Shown: positions 56,055-64,000 of the stretch, in pieces
Position numbering within the stretch: position 1 is the first letter of the stretch
Layout of the letters: each line of letters begins with the position of its first letter
Assembly: GCA_910583745.1 (NCBI GenBank)
Contig: CAJTZC010000001.1
Coordinates: 34,746-98,745 of the forward strand
Direction of reading: 5' to 3'
From: an uncultured Bacilli bacterium
GTDB taxonomy: Bacteria; Bacillota_I; Bacilli_A; RF39; UBA660
DNA length: 64,000 nt
The notes under the pieces: model-generated
The model's database searches: none
What the model was told of the DNA's origin: nothing
The model's input: only the letters and a program-made list of their open reading frames with translations
Translations under genes and position numbers: made by a program

Positions 56055-56801
56055 TTATTGCAGATGCTTTTTATCGAATATATAGAGACCAAAGCTAGTC
56101 GTGAAAAGGAAGAGAATCGCCGAATAGAGACACATCGTTTTGAGGTCTCCTCTCAGATTGGTCAGTTGAAAAGCCTGTCCTGACGGGATGAAGTCGTAGA
56201 TAAATTTTAGAATGGTTTTTTGCACTCCCGAAGAATTGGCGATTTTATGAGAGAGATTGCTCGTGATTAGGAACGCCCATATTTTGAGGGAAAGCGCAAC
56301 GATGGAAGAGGCTGATTTGCTCGAGATGTTCATCGTGATGAACGTATAGACCGATGCAAAGGAGACACTTAGCAAAAGAGAGGTCCCCATCATATAGAGA
56401 ACTGTTTCGACTGGAGTGGTCACACTGAACAGGAATATGGTCCCTGTCAATAGGATAGCTCCTATGAAGACAAAGTCGAATACGACGGCAACGAGACTAC
56501 ACGTGATGAGGTTCGATAAATAGATGTTCGTCCTGGAATGTCCACATATCAATTTGTTTCTGAGTGTTCCATTTCCGTATTCTGTTCCCACGAAGTTGGC
56601 GGTGAATATGGCGACCAAGATGCCTCCGATGACATTGAATGAGAAAAGGACTGCCCCCACTTCGTTTTCACAATTTACACAGTTCGGCAAGTAGTTGTTG
56701 AAATAAAAATAGATGCCCAAGAAAAACATTCCAACCAGTATGAGCCAAAAAGCCTTCTCTTTTTTTAAGCGATAGAAGTTGGTCATTAAAAGTCTGTGCA
56801 T
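56055..56801 (-). CDS. ABC-2 type transporter permease
   Basis: 248 aa, 6 TM. Confidence 0.55.
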   Translation of the reverse strand: MHRLLMTNFYRLKKEKAFWLILVGMFFLGIYFYFNNYLPNCVNCENEVGAVLFSFNVIGGILVAIFTANFVGTEYGNGTLRNKLICGHSRTNIYLSNLITCSLVAVVFDFVFIGAILLTGTIFLFSVTTPVETVLYMMGTSLLLSVSFASVYTFITMNISSKSASSIVALSLKIWAFLITSNLSHKIANSSGVQKTILKFIYDFIPSGQAFQLTNLRGDLKTMCLYSAILFLFTTSFGLYIFDKKHLQ

Positions 56802-56897
56802 AGATAATACCTCCTGATTTTATTGTAAAATAAAAATGTTAAGAAATCTATAAATGATTTGTTAACATTGTGTTAAGATTTTAAATGCTCTCTTTAC

Positions 56898-57632
56898 TTA
56901 GGCAATCTCGATAGTACTGATTAAATCGAGGACCTTTTCTTTTGAGAAATATCCCTTGTTTTTGAAAGTGATGATGTATTTTTTGTCTCCTGCGATGAGA
57001 TTTACTTCGTATTTGTCGTCGTTCTCCACCACGTAGCCTGTGTACTTCCCTTCTATACTATGGAATTGGCCATCGACCAAAAGATTGTCTTTTAAGTAGC
57101 GCACTGCATACGATTCTTCGATTTCTTTTGTGCTCGTGAAAAGGTTTACTTTTTCTTCTTTCCATTCGATGAGGTATTTTATGAACTCGATGTCGTTTTT
57201 AAATTTGTGTGCGTCCATAAACTTTTTTATGCTCTTTTCCGCTTTGGTTTCTTTGCCCAAATTTGTAAAGTTTTCGACTAAGCTTCCCGTGAAACTCTTC
57301 GATTGAAGGTAACTCCATCCCGTGTTGCCTATCCCTTCCTCGTTCTTTAAAACGTATACGATATCTTTACTGTCTTCGTCTGTCTTTTTCTCAAATTGCG
57401 AAAACTCATTTTTTATTTTGATGTCTCCTAAGGTGAGGTACTCTGAAGGGTCCAAGGTTTTAGAATCGATTTTCCAAGTCTCACTCTCTATTAAGTGCAT
57501 GTCTTTCTCACTGGTATATTTGTATCTATTGAGAACGGAATATTTGTATCCGAATAGAATGCCTCCCAGCACCAATAGTCCTATTATCGTTATTATTAAG
57601 ATTGTATTTTTCTTTTTCATTTTTAACTCCAT
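56898..57632 (-). CDS. Membrane-anchored hypothetical protein
   Basis: 244 aa, N-terminal TM. 10 nt downstream of the fused ABC gene. Confidence 0.4.
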   Translation of the reverse strand: MELKMKKKNTILIITIIGLLVLGGILFGYKYSVLNRYKYTSEKDMHLIESETWKIDSKTLDPSEYLTLGDIKIKNEFSQFEKKTDEDSKDIVYVLKNEEGIGNTGWSYLQSKSFTGSLVENFTNLGKETKAEKSIKKFMDAHKFKNDIEFIKYLIEWKEEKVNLFTSTKEIEESYAVRYLKDNLLVDGQFHSIEGKYTGYVVENDDKYEVNLIAGDKKYIITFKNKGYFSKEKVLDLISTIEIA

Positions 57633-57641
57633 TTTCTTTTT

Positions 57642-60236
57642 TTAATTCATTTTGATTGCGTCAATCGGTTTTATTTTGTGCAGGCGAATTATCGGCAGTA
57701 TAGAGCTTATCACGAGTGAGAACAGTATGGCCCATATCATGAACCCGATAATCGACGGGTCGTACGAAAACATCCTCATGAAGAATTGCATGCTGTTCGT
57801 GACATAGATGTTCGCCAAGTTTATCAGTGAGTATGTCAATCCCGTCGAGAGGACGAATACGGTGAAACTTATCAATAAATTTTCTATGAGAAAGATGTCG
57901 ATACAGTCTTTTAGTCTTACTCCGAGCGAACTGAGAATTCCTATCTTTCTCTTGTTGAAACTGATGCTCGTGTAGATAAAGTTGGACAAAAGTGCGACGG
58001 CGAATAAGAGTAAAATTATCGTGACAAATTGCAAAATGACTTTCAGTTTTTTCACGACTTTGGTCGTTGTAGCTATAACTTCTGAATATTTGGTCGTGAC
58101 GGATAACATGGCATCGCTTTTAAGAAATGTTAGCATCTCCTCTAATTTTTCTTCGCGATGTTCATAGATGTTTATGCCCGTCGTCACTTGGTTGGGTAAC
58201 ACATATTTTTGGAACGGCTCACCTACTCGAGAGTGCATTTCCATCACATCGTTCATGAGACCTACTATTTTCAATGTATGGTGTTCTTCGCGATTCTCAC
58301 TTACGATTTTATATACGTCTATCATTTCTGCATCGATGGCATTTTCAAACATTCCATTGTTTATCATGAGAGACTCGAGAATGTCCATCTCTATTTTGTT
58401 ATCGTCCGGCTTTTTAGGTGGCTCGATGGAGAGATTCGGATTCTCTTCTATTTTTTTGTTGTAGGAATACATTTCATCTTTGTATTTTAGAAGGGCTTCG
58501 CTCCATTCTTTTTCATATCTCAAAGTGAATTCTTCTTTAAACAGTTCTCTCAATGTGTATCGAGAAAGCAATATTTCGTCGTCTTTTAATTCGTTTATTT
58601 TTTTTATTCCCTCTTTCGTCAACGCTTCCTTTTCTTCGTTAAACACTGCGAGCAAGGAAATATAGGTCATTTTATCGTTATAAGTGAGTATGTTTGGAAA
58701 GAGGTCTTCTTTTATTTTGGAATTGCTTTTGAGTTCTAAAAGGTCAAAAAATTTTGTATTGACGATGACTTTTTGTGTATCTTGGACATCATCATTTGTT
58801 TTGAAATAGTTTCTTTCAAATTCTTGGTAGAGCTTTGTGGGGTGTGTCATTAAATAATTGTAGCTTTCTTTTTTTAAGCTTTCGTACTTTGCCAACGACT
58901 TGTCTTTGACGTAGCCTCTGATAGTCAGTTCGGTGTCTTCAAAAGGAAAGGAAAAGCCTATCACTGCCTCTTTGTTTTCAAATTCTTTCTCTACTTCTTT
59001 CTCATTTTCTTTATAAGTGAACGTCCTCGAGGTCATTAAATCGGCGACGATTTCCGGTATTAAGATTTCGTTTTTCTCCTCAGGGAATGTACCCACAATG
59101 TCTAATGTATGCATGAGCTCGTCCGTATACACATCAAAGTAAAGTGGATTTCGGTCTAAAAAACTTTGCGCATAGAAAGCGTTGTCTTTTAATTCTTCTT
59201 TTAATCCTGAGAAGAACCCATCCAAGCCATATTCTGTATCTTTCGCGGTGATATAACTCGAATATATTTTGGGAGAGGCAATATTTTCATTTATGTACGT
59301 AATGTATTTGTCGTTGAGAATTCTATTTAACCCAAAACCGGATTTTTTTTGTACATAGATTTTGTTTACGTTTTCTTTTACTAAGGTTTCAGCATGGACT
59401 TTTTCTTCTACATATCCGTTTAAGCTGTTGGACAATCCGTAGCTGACGAAGGCCACGATGGAAAGGACAATCGTAAGGACTAATCTTAACTTTCGGTGTT
59501 TCAGATTGGCGAGGGAGAGTTTCAATTTATTTGCCATCGACAACTTTTTTGATTTGAGTTCGATTTGAGAAGTCGGTTCGTCGTCTATGATAGTCGGTTC
59601 GGTGGCCACTTCTCCATCGACGATTCTGACTATATTTTTGCTGTATTTTAGAGCGCTTTCTTCGTCATGTGTGACGACGAGGACGAGTGTCTTTTCGGAA
59701 ATCTTTTTTAAGATTTTAAATACTTCTTCGCTGTTTGTCGAATCTAAATTACCGGTCGGTTCATCGCATAACAATATCTTCGGCTCTTTGATTAAAGCTC
59801 TTGCGATGGACACTCTTTGCTTTTCGCCTCCTGAAATTTTTGAAGCTTCGTTGTCTTTTATCTGTGCCACTTCAAAATAATTGAGAATTTTTTCAACTCT
59901 CTGTTTATCGGGCTCGATTAATGAAATATTCTCAGAAACTGTCAATTCATCGATTAAGTTGTAGTCTTGAAAGACAAAGCCCATATAGGTACTTCTATAA
60001 GCAGTCATCTCTTTCTTATTCCATTTTGTTATATCTTTTCCATTTAAAAGTATCACACCCGAAGTGGCTCCATCTAGCCCTCCGATTATGTTGAGCAGAG
60101 TCGATTTGCCACTTCCGCTTTTTCCAAGGATGAAGACTAAGCCTCTGTCTGGAAACGTCAGCGAGACATCTTTGAGGACCTGGCGAGCCATTTTCTTTTT
60201 CCCATAAACTTTGTTCACATTTTTTAAAACCAACAT
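57642..60236 (-). CDS. ABC transporter, fused ATP-binding domain and FtsX-like permease (MacB-type)
   Basis: 864 aa. N-terminal ATPase (GKSGSGKSTLLNIIGGLD, LSGGEKQRVSIARAL), then an FtsX-type permease with a large extracytoplasmic loop. Confidence 0.8.
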   Translation of the reverse strand: MLVLKNVNKVYGKKKMARQVLKDVSLTFPDRGLVFILGKSGSGKSTLLNIIGGLDGATSGVILLNGKDITKWNKKEMTAYRSTYMGFVFQDYNLIDELTVSENISLIEPDKQRVEKILNYFEVAQIKDNEASKISGGEKQRVSIARALIKEPKILLCDEPTGNLDSTNSEEVFKILKKISEKTLVLVVTHDEESALKYSKNIVRIVDGEVATEPTIIDDEPTSQIELKSKKLSMANKLKLSLANLKHRKLRLVLTIVLSIVAFVSYGLSNSLNGYVEEKVHAETLVKENVNKIYVQKKSGFGLNRILNDKYITYINENIASPKIYSSYITAKDTEYGLDGFFSGLKEELKDNAFYAQSFLDRNPLYFDVYTDELMHTLDIVGTFPEEKNEILIPEIVADLMTSRTFTYKENEKEVEKEFENKEAVIGFSFPFEDTELTIRGYVKDKSLAKYESLKKESYNYLMTHPTKLYQEFERNYFKTNDDVQDTQKVIVNTKFFDLLELKSNSKIKEDLFPNILTYNDKMTYISLLAVFNEEKEALTKEGIKKINELKDDEILLSRYTLRELFKEEFTLRYEKEWSEALLKYKDEMYSYNKKIEENPNLSIEPPKKPDDNKIEMDILESLMINNGMFENAIDAEMIDVYKIVSENREEHHTLKIVGLMNDVMEMHSRVGEPFQKYVLPNQVTTGINIYEHREEKLEEMLTFLKSDAMLSVTTKYSEVIATTTKVVKKLKVILQFVTIILLLFAVALLSNFIYTSISFNKRKIGILSSLGVRLKDCIDIFLIENLLISFTVFVLSTGLTYSLINLANIYVTNSMQFFMRMFSYDPSIIGFMIWAILFSLVISSILPIIRLHKIKPIDAIKMN

Positions 60237-60273
60237 TTTTTATCCTACTTTCATTGCTATTTTATCATATTAA

Positions 60274-60507
60274 GACAAACATTTTAGGTGGTTTGCCAAG
60301 TTACTAGATGAGTATTTCGAAGTTATAATAGCACATGCTACTTACAATATATCTTCTGGTAAAATCGAAGGTATTAATAACAAAATTAAAACTCTATGAA
60401 GACAAGGTTATGGCTATCCTGATGGCGAATACTTCTTCTTAAAGTTATTTGATATTTCTAGGATTTCCTATGTCAGAAATGTTAAATCCCACAAGATTTG
60501 TGATTTG
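60274..60507 (+). pseudogene. ISL3-family transposase C-terminal remnant with internal stop
   Basis: Translation DKHFRWFAKLLDEYFEVIIAHATYNISSGKIEGINNKIKTL*RQGYGYPDGEYFFLKLFDISRI matches the ISL3 C-terminal consensus (NGxIEGxNNKIKxxKRxxYGYrnFxxFxxRIL). No upstream transposase body is present. Confidence 0.55.
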
Positions 60508-60609
60508 AGCCATAATTTCATACTATCTGTATTTGTCTTATTAAAATAATAAAAAAAGAGATTTTAAACAAAATTATCTATTTTTGCAACAGTCTCTTTT
60601 CATGTTTTT

Positions 60610-62013
60610 TTATTCTATCTCTGTTTTGAATCTATTACCATCTATGTAAGTATTATCAATCTTCTCGCTTTGGTCTAAAATGTAATATAGTTTGCTTTCG
60701 TTAAAATCATAATAATATCTTTCGGTGTATGCAATAGTATTATCAGATAACGATAGTTTATTAATCGTATTATTTTTATTTAAGACCTTTGAAGACTTTA
60801 AATTTATTTCATTTGTGTTTAAAAGCGCTTTTTCTTTTTTATTACTTTCAAACTCTGAAATTTTTTTAGATAGAGCTTCTGCTTTCACTTTTTCAATATT
60901 TTTAATATTTTGTTTTTTTATACCACCTAAAGTGATGCTCTCTACTTTGTTATCTTCAATATTTACTAAGTATCCCTTGTTTGTTTCTATAGCACCAATA
61001 TAATAAATAAATGTAATCGTTCCATATTTTTTTTCAGTGTTAATGACATTATGTGAAATTTTATAATTTTTAATGTTAAATTCGTTATCATAATTTTTAA
61101 TGTTACTTATAATTTTCTCTAAATTGTTTTCATTAAAGTTGATTATATCGAATTCTAATTCTTTGTCAATATCTAAAACAACATAATTTTTTTCTATTGG
61201 CGCAGAAAATTTTTCTCTTTCTTTTTCAGACATAGTGGAAGGCGGTACTGATTCTTTGTTTGCGAAATCGGTTAATGAAGTTTGTTCAGTAGTTTGTCTA
61301 ATACTTTTTTTCAAAGTTCCTAACGATATAGACGTATCACCAGCAGTAACAACAAAGTTTTGTAATGAAGTTCCCAAATATGCTGTGTTAGCCGCTTTTA
61401 TTGAATAATCAATTGACCAGCCATTACCTAATAGTGAGTTGTATCTTTTTAACCATTCTGATTCTTGTCTGCTAAAAATTTCATTTCTAAATCCTACAGA
61501 TGCTTTTGCTCCTTGAGCAACAGCTTTTGTCATTAAGTTATTATCACCTCTTCCACTATTACAATTCACAAAAGTTATTAATTTTGTGTTTTTCATATCT
61601 CTTCCATTAAGTCCTGCAAAGGTCCAAGTTTGGTTGTATTCATCTGTACTTGTAACCCCATTATTATAAATACTTATTCCTGTACGATAATTATTGGTGT
61701 TTTTATATACTGTTTCTACATGGTCCGGTCCACCATGTCCATTAATAAAATAAATTTGCGAGTTACCAAGCCTTGTACTTTTTATATAGTTATAATCAGC
61801 CTGATTATTGTAATAAGATGAATAGTTAGCGAGCCATCCGTATGTATCTGCTGCTATAAGAACATTTTGAGTAAAGTCCGAACCTGCTTTTGTCACTCCC
61901 TGAGGCCATTTTGAACCAACGCTATATGCTGTACTAGCTTGGCAATGGGATATTAAAGTACCCGTTGCAATTAATGTAATTGCAAAATTGTAAAATATTT
62001 TCTTTTTCTTCAT
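60610..62013 (-). CDS. Secreted protein with putative caspase-like (His-Gly ... Cys dyad) peptidase fold and Lys/Asn-rich C-terminal region
   Basis: Signal peptide MKKKKIFYNFAITLIATGTLISHCQA. Candidate dyad IYFINGHGGPDH and LITFVNCNSGRG, as in C11/C25/CHAT-type folds. Confidence 0.4.
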   Translation of the reverse strand: MKKKKIFYNFAITLIATGTLISHCQASTAYSVGSKWPQGVTKAGSDFTQNVLIAADTYGWLANYSSYYNNQADYNYIKSTRLGNSQIYFINGHGGPDHVETVYKNTNNYRTGISIYNNGVTSTDEYNQTWTFAGLNGRDMKNTKLITFVNCNSGRGDNNLMTKAVAQGAKASVGFRNEIFSRQESEWLKRYNSLLGNGWSIDYSIKAANTAYLGTSLQNFVVTAGDTSISLGTLKKSIRQTTEQTSLTDFANKESVPPSTMSEKEREKFSAPIEKNYVVLDIDKELEFDIINFNENNLEKIISNIKNYDNEFNIKNYKISHNVINTEKKYGTITFIYYIGAIETNKGYLVNIEDNKVESITLGGIKKQNIKNIEKVKAEALSKKISEFESNKKEKALLNTNEINLKSSKVLNKNNTINKLSLSDNTIAYTERYYYDFNESKLYYILDQSEKIDNTYIDGNRFKTEIE

Positions 62014-62295
62014 AAATTCTTCTCCATTTTTTATTTTTATTATTTTAATTTTTTGTTATATTTTATATTATCTACCTCCTAATAGTTTTCAATTTACCAT
62101 GGATTATTGAAAATCTGTGACTATTTATAACAATCGCAAAGCGATTGTTATTCAATTATTTATTGATATAATTATTTTTCTACTTATATCTAAGTTTTTT
62201 TAAAATAATATCCTGTCTTTTCTTTTTTATCATAGTCTACTTAAGAAAAAAAAGAAAGCGATTTTCTATTGCTTTTGCGCAATTTATAATCGCTT

Positions 62296-63441
62296 TTATT
62301 TTAAAATAGGCTCTAAACATTCGTAAAAATAATCAATTTTTTCTTTTGAAAAATAACAATCATCAGATAAGCAAGTGAAATTACCATTAAAATAATTCCA
62401 AGACGATTTATCTTTTTCAACAAAATAATCTATACTTTCTGTATCAATTTGGTACATATAATATTCTATAAATTTATTGTTTTTAAAAATTTCTAAATAA
62501 AGATAGTTACCAGTTTCAATATATGAAAAAATTTTTTCTGTATTATTTTCTTTTATTCGAAAAATTGGCTCTTCTACTTCTTTTATATTTTTATTATTTC
62601 TATATTTAAATTTACCTTTTATTTTCGTCATCAAGTTATCTTTTATTGGGTTATCTATTTTGACTGAAGGACCATCTTCTAAACCTATCGATTTTGTACC
62701 TTTAAAAAATAAATTTTCGTTAACATACTCTTCTGTTATAGTTAGTTTAAAGCTGTCTATTTCTTTTTTGTCTGTATAAATTTTTACGTATAAATTATTT
62801 AGAATTATTTCTATATCATTTATAGGAAAATATTCGCCATAACCATAGTCTTCTTTAATAAATATTTTTGACGCATCGGCATCCAGAATTAATTGTTCGT
62901 CATTATTCTTGATATAATAAAGCTTTATTCTGTCTGGCTGCTTCTCTACTTTCGACTTGATACTTCCTAAATTAAAATATATTTTTTCTCTAGTGTTTAA
63001 AAAAAATCCATTAGAAACTAAAAACTTCTCGGTCTCTCCTGTTACTCTATATAAGTGTATTTTTTTAAAAGTATTTATAAAATAATATCCTAAGAATAAT
63101 ATTAAAATTAATATAACTGTTAGAATTGTATTTTTCCAACGAACATTTTTTATTGCTTTTTTATATGTTAAATTATTCTCTTTCATATGAATCTTATCTT
63201 CGAAAAATTCTTTTGTTGTTTTATTATCTATTGATTCTTCACTTTTTAAAAGACTTTCTAAAGGGATTTTCAAAATTTCACTTGTTTTTTTTAGCATTGT
63301 AAAATCCGGCAAGTTTATTCCTGTTTCCCATTTTGATACAGTTTGTCTCGTTACATAAAGTTTATCTGCTAATTCATCTTGAGTTAAATTGTTTCTTATT
63401 CTAGCATTTTTTATACTGTTTCCAATCTTTTTTTTGTCCAT
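62296..63441 (-). CDS. XRE-family HTH regulator, membrane-anchored with extracytoplasmic C-terminal domain
   Basis: HTH NLTQDELADKLYVTRQTVSKWETG. TM at ~aa 105-125. ~250-aa C-terminal domain. Confidence 0.6.
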   Translation of the reverse strand: MDKKKIGNSIKNARIRNNLTQDELADKLYVTRQTVSKWETGINLPDFTMLKKTSEILKIPLESLLKSEESIDNKTTKEFFEDKIHMKENNLTYKKAIKNVRWKNTILTVILILILFLGYYFINTFKKIHLYRVTGETEKFLVSNGFFLNTREKIYFNLGSIKSKVEKQPDRIKLYYIKNNDEQLILDADASKIFIKEDYGYGEYFPINDIEIILNNLYVKIYTDKKEIDSFKLTITEEYVNENLFFKGTKSIGLEDGPSVKIDNPIKDNLMTKIKGKFKYRNNKNIKEVEEPIFRIKENNTEKIFSYIETGNYLYLEIFKNNKFIEYYMYQIDTESIDYFVEKDKSSWNYFNGNFTCLSDDCYFSKEKIDYFYECLEPILK

Positions 63442-63642
63442 GATAAACCCTCCTTTTTATGATTATAGCATTATTTATTAAAGAAAAAAAGCAATTATTA
63501 ACTTATTTAGAGCAACTATCTTTTTTTAATTCAATATACTTAATTTTTAATTATGTAAAAATTTATATTCTTCGACACAAAAAGATACTATGCAGAGGGC
63601 ATAGTATCTTTTTGTGTCATCGTGACATCATCAAATTATTTT

Positions 63643-64000
63643 TTACTTCAAAAATAAATAGGCATCTGATTTCACTGGAGTGATTTCAGATGTGGCTCTT
63701 AAGGGATTGTATTTGATTTGTCCTTCAAATGAATCCTTTCTTTTATATGCAAGTTTCCTTGCCATTTTCATGATAGCATAGTTCTCTCGTTTTGTCGAAA
63801 ACAAATCGATATTTTTACAAAATTCTATAAAACTTTTTTTCATAAGCAGCAATGAATATATAGCTAAATTGCTTTCTGATATCGAAAATATACAATCCAT
63901 TATAAATATAGAACTTGAACATTGTAGCCGAGAAAAGCGTATGTTATACTTTTTATGGATACGTTTGAAAATATCAGGTGCTTTCCCTTTCTTTTTATAG
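63643..64000 (-). CDS. Hypothetical protein (partial; N-terminus beyond window end)
   Basis: The reading frame of ORF 63643-63900 stays open upstream to the window edge (…KKGKAPDIFKRIHKKYNIRFSRLQ…). Confidence 0.3.
   Translation of the reverse strand, partial: YKKKGKAPDIFKRIHKKYNIRFSRLQCSSSIFIMDCIFSISESNLAIYSLLLMKKSFIEFCKNIDLFSTKRENYAIMKMARKLAYKRKDSFEGQIKYNPLRATSEITPVKSDAYLFLK

Noticed and set aside
1-64000. rRNA or tRNA genes
   Set aside because: Intergenic regions are short and AT-rich. No GC-rich cloverleaf-like or rRNA-like conserved stretches were noticed by eye. A tRNAscan-SE run would be the definitive check.

Overview
This is a low-GC, CpG-rich Firmicutes-like chromosomal window, almost entirely coding on the minus strand, with many translationally coupled overlaps (ATGA/TGATG junctions). 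No rRNA, tRNA or CRISPR array was recognised. The modules, from left to right:

- **1-677:** N-terminal part of a membrane-anchored protein made of thrombospondin-type-3-like Asp/Cys Ca-binding repeats.
- **790-1983:** an MFS transporter.
- **2694-10989:** a seven-gene operon. It encodes a processive GT2 synthase (QxxRW), a HEAT-repeat protein and hydrolase-like proteins. These are joined to the uncharacterised trio of a CotH kinase, a DUF4956 membrane protein and a VTC-domain (polyphosphate-polymerase-like) protein.
- **11285-27151:** a relaxase-less and integrase-less type IV secretion gene set. It has a VirD4-like coupling protein, a VirB4 ATPase, VirB6-like and VirB3/PrgI-like proteins, and an M23 cell-wall hydrolase. 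It is bracketed by a SipW-type signal peptidase upstream and a SipW-cognate TasA/camelysin-like secreted protein downstream, followed by a tandem 5' duplicate fragment of that gene. This is the best candidate for an undescribed system.
- **27278-31912:** regulators and membrane proteins, ending in a frameshifted Rpn-like nuclease.
- **32199-34583:** a P-type cation ATPase.
- **35092-52552:** a minimal T7SSb-like locus with EssC and EsaB, and no recognisable EssB, EsaA or EssA. It carries small helical proteins, a giant 2918-aa protein (N/G-rich N-terminus, two papain-like domains, a 36-bp x3 tandem repeat, a C-terminal transglutaminase-like Cys protease domain) and two downstream candidate immunity genes.
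- **52644-60236:** a two-component system with ABC-2 and FtsX-type ABC transporters.
- **60274-60507:** an ISL3 transposase remnant.
- **60610-64000:** a secreted caspase-fold-like protein, a membrane-anchored XRE regulator and a partial ORF.

A roughly 180-bp direct repeat occurs twice, at 2178-2358 and 31991-32176. The two copies bracket the 29.6-kb segment that holds the polysaccharide/CotH/VTC operon and the type IV/SipW/TasA cluster.
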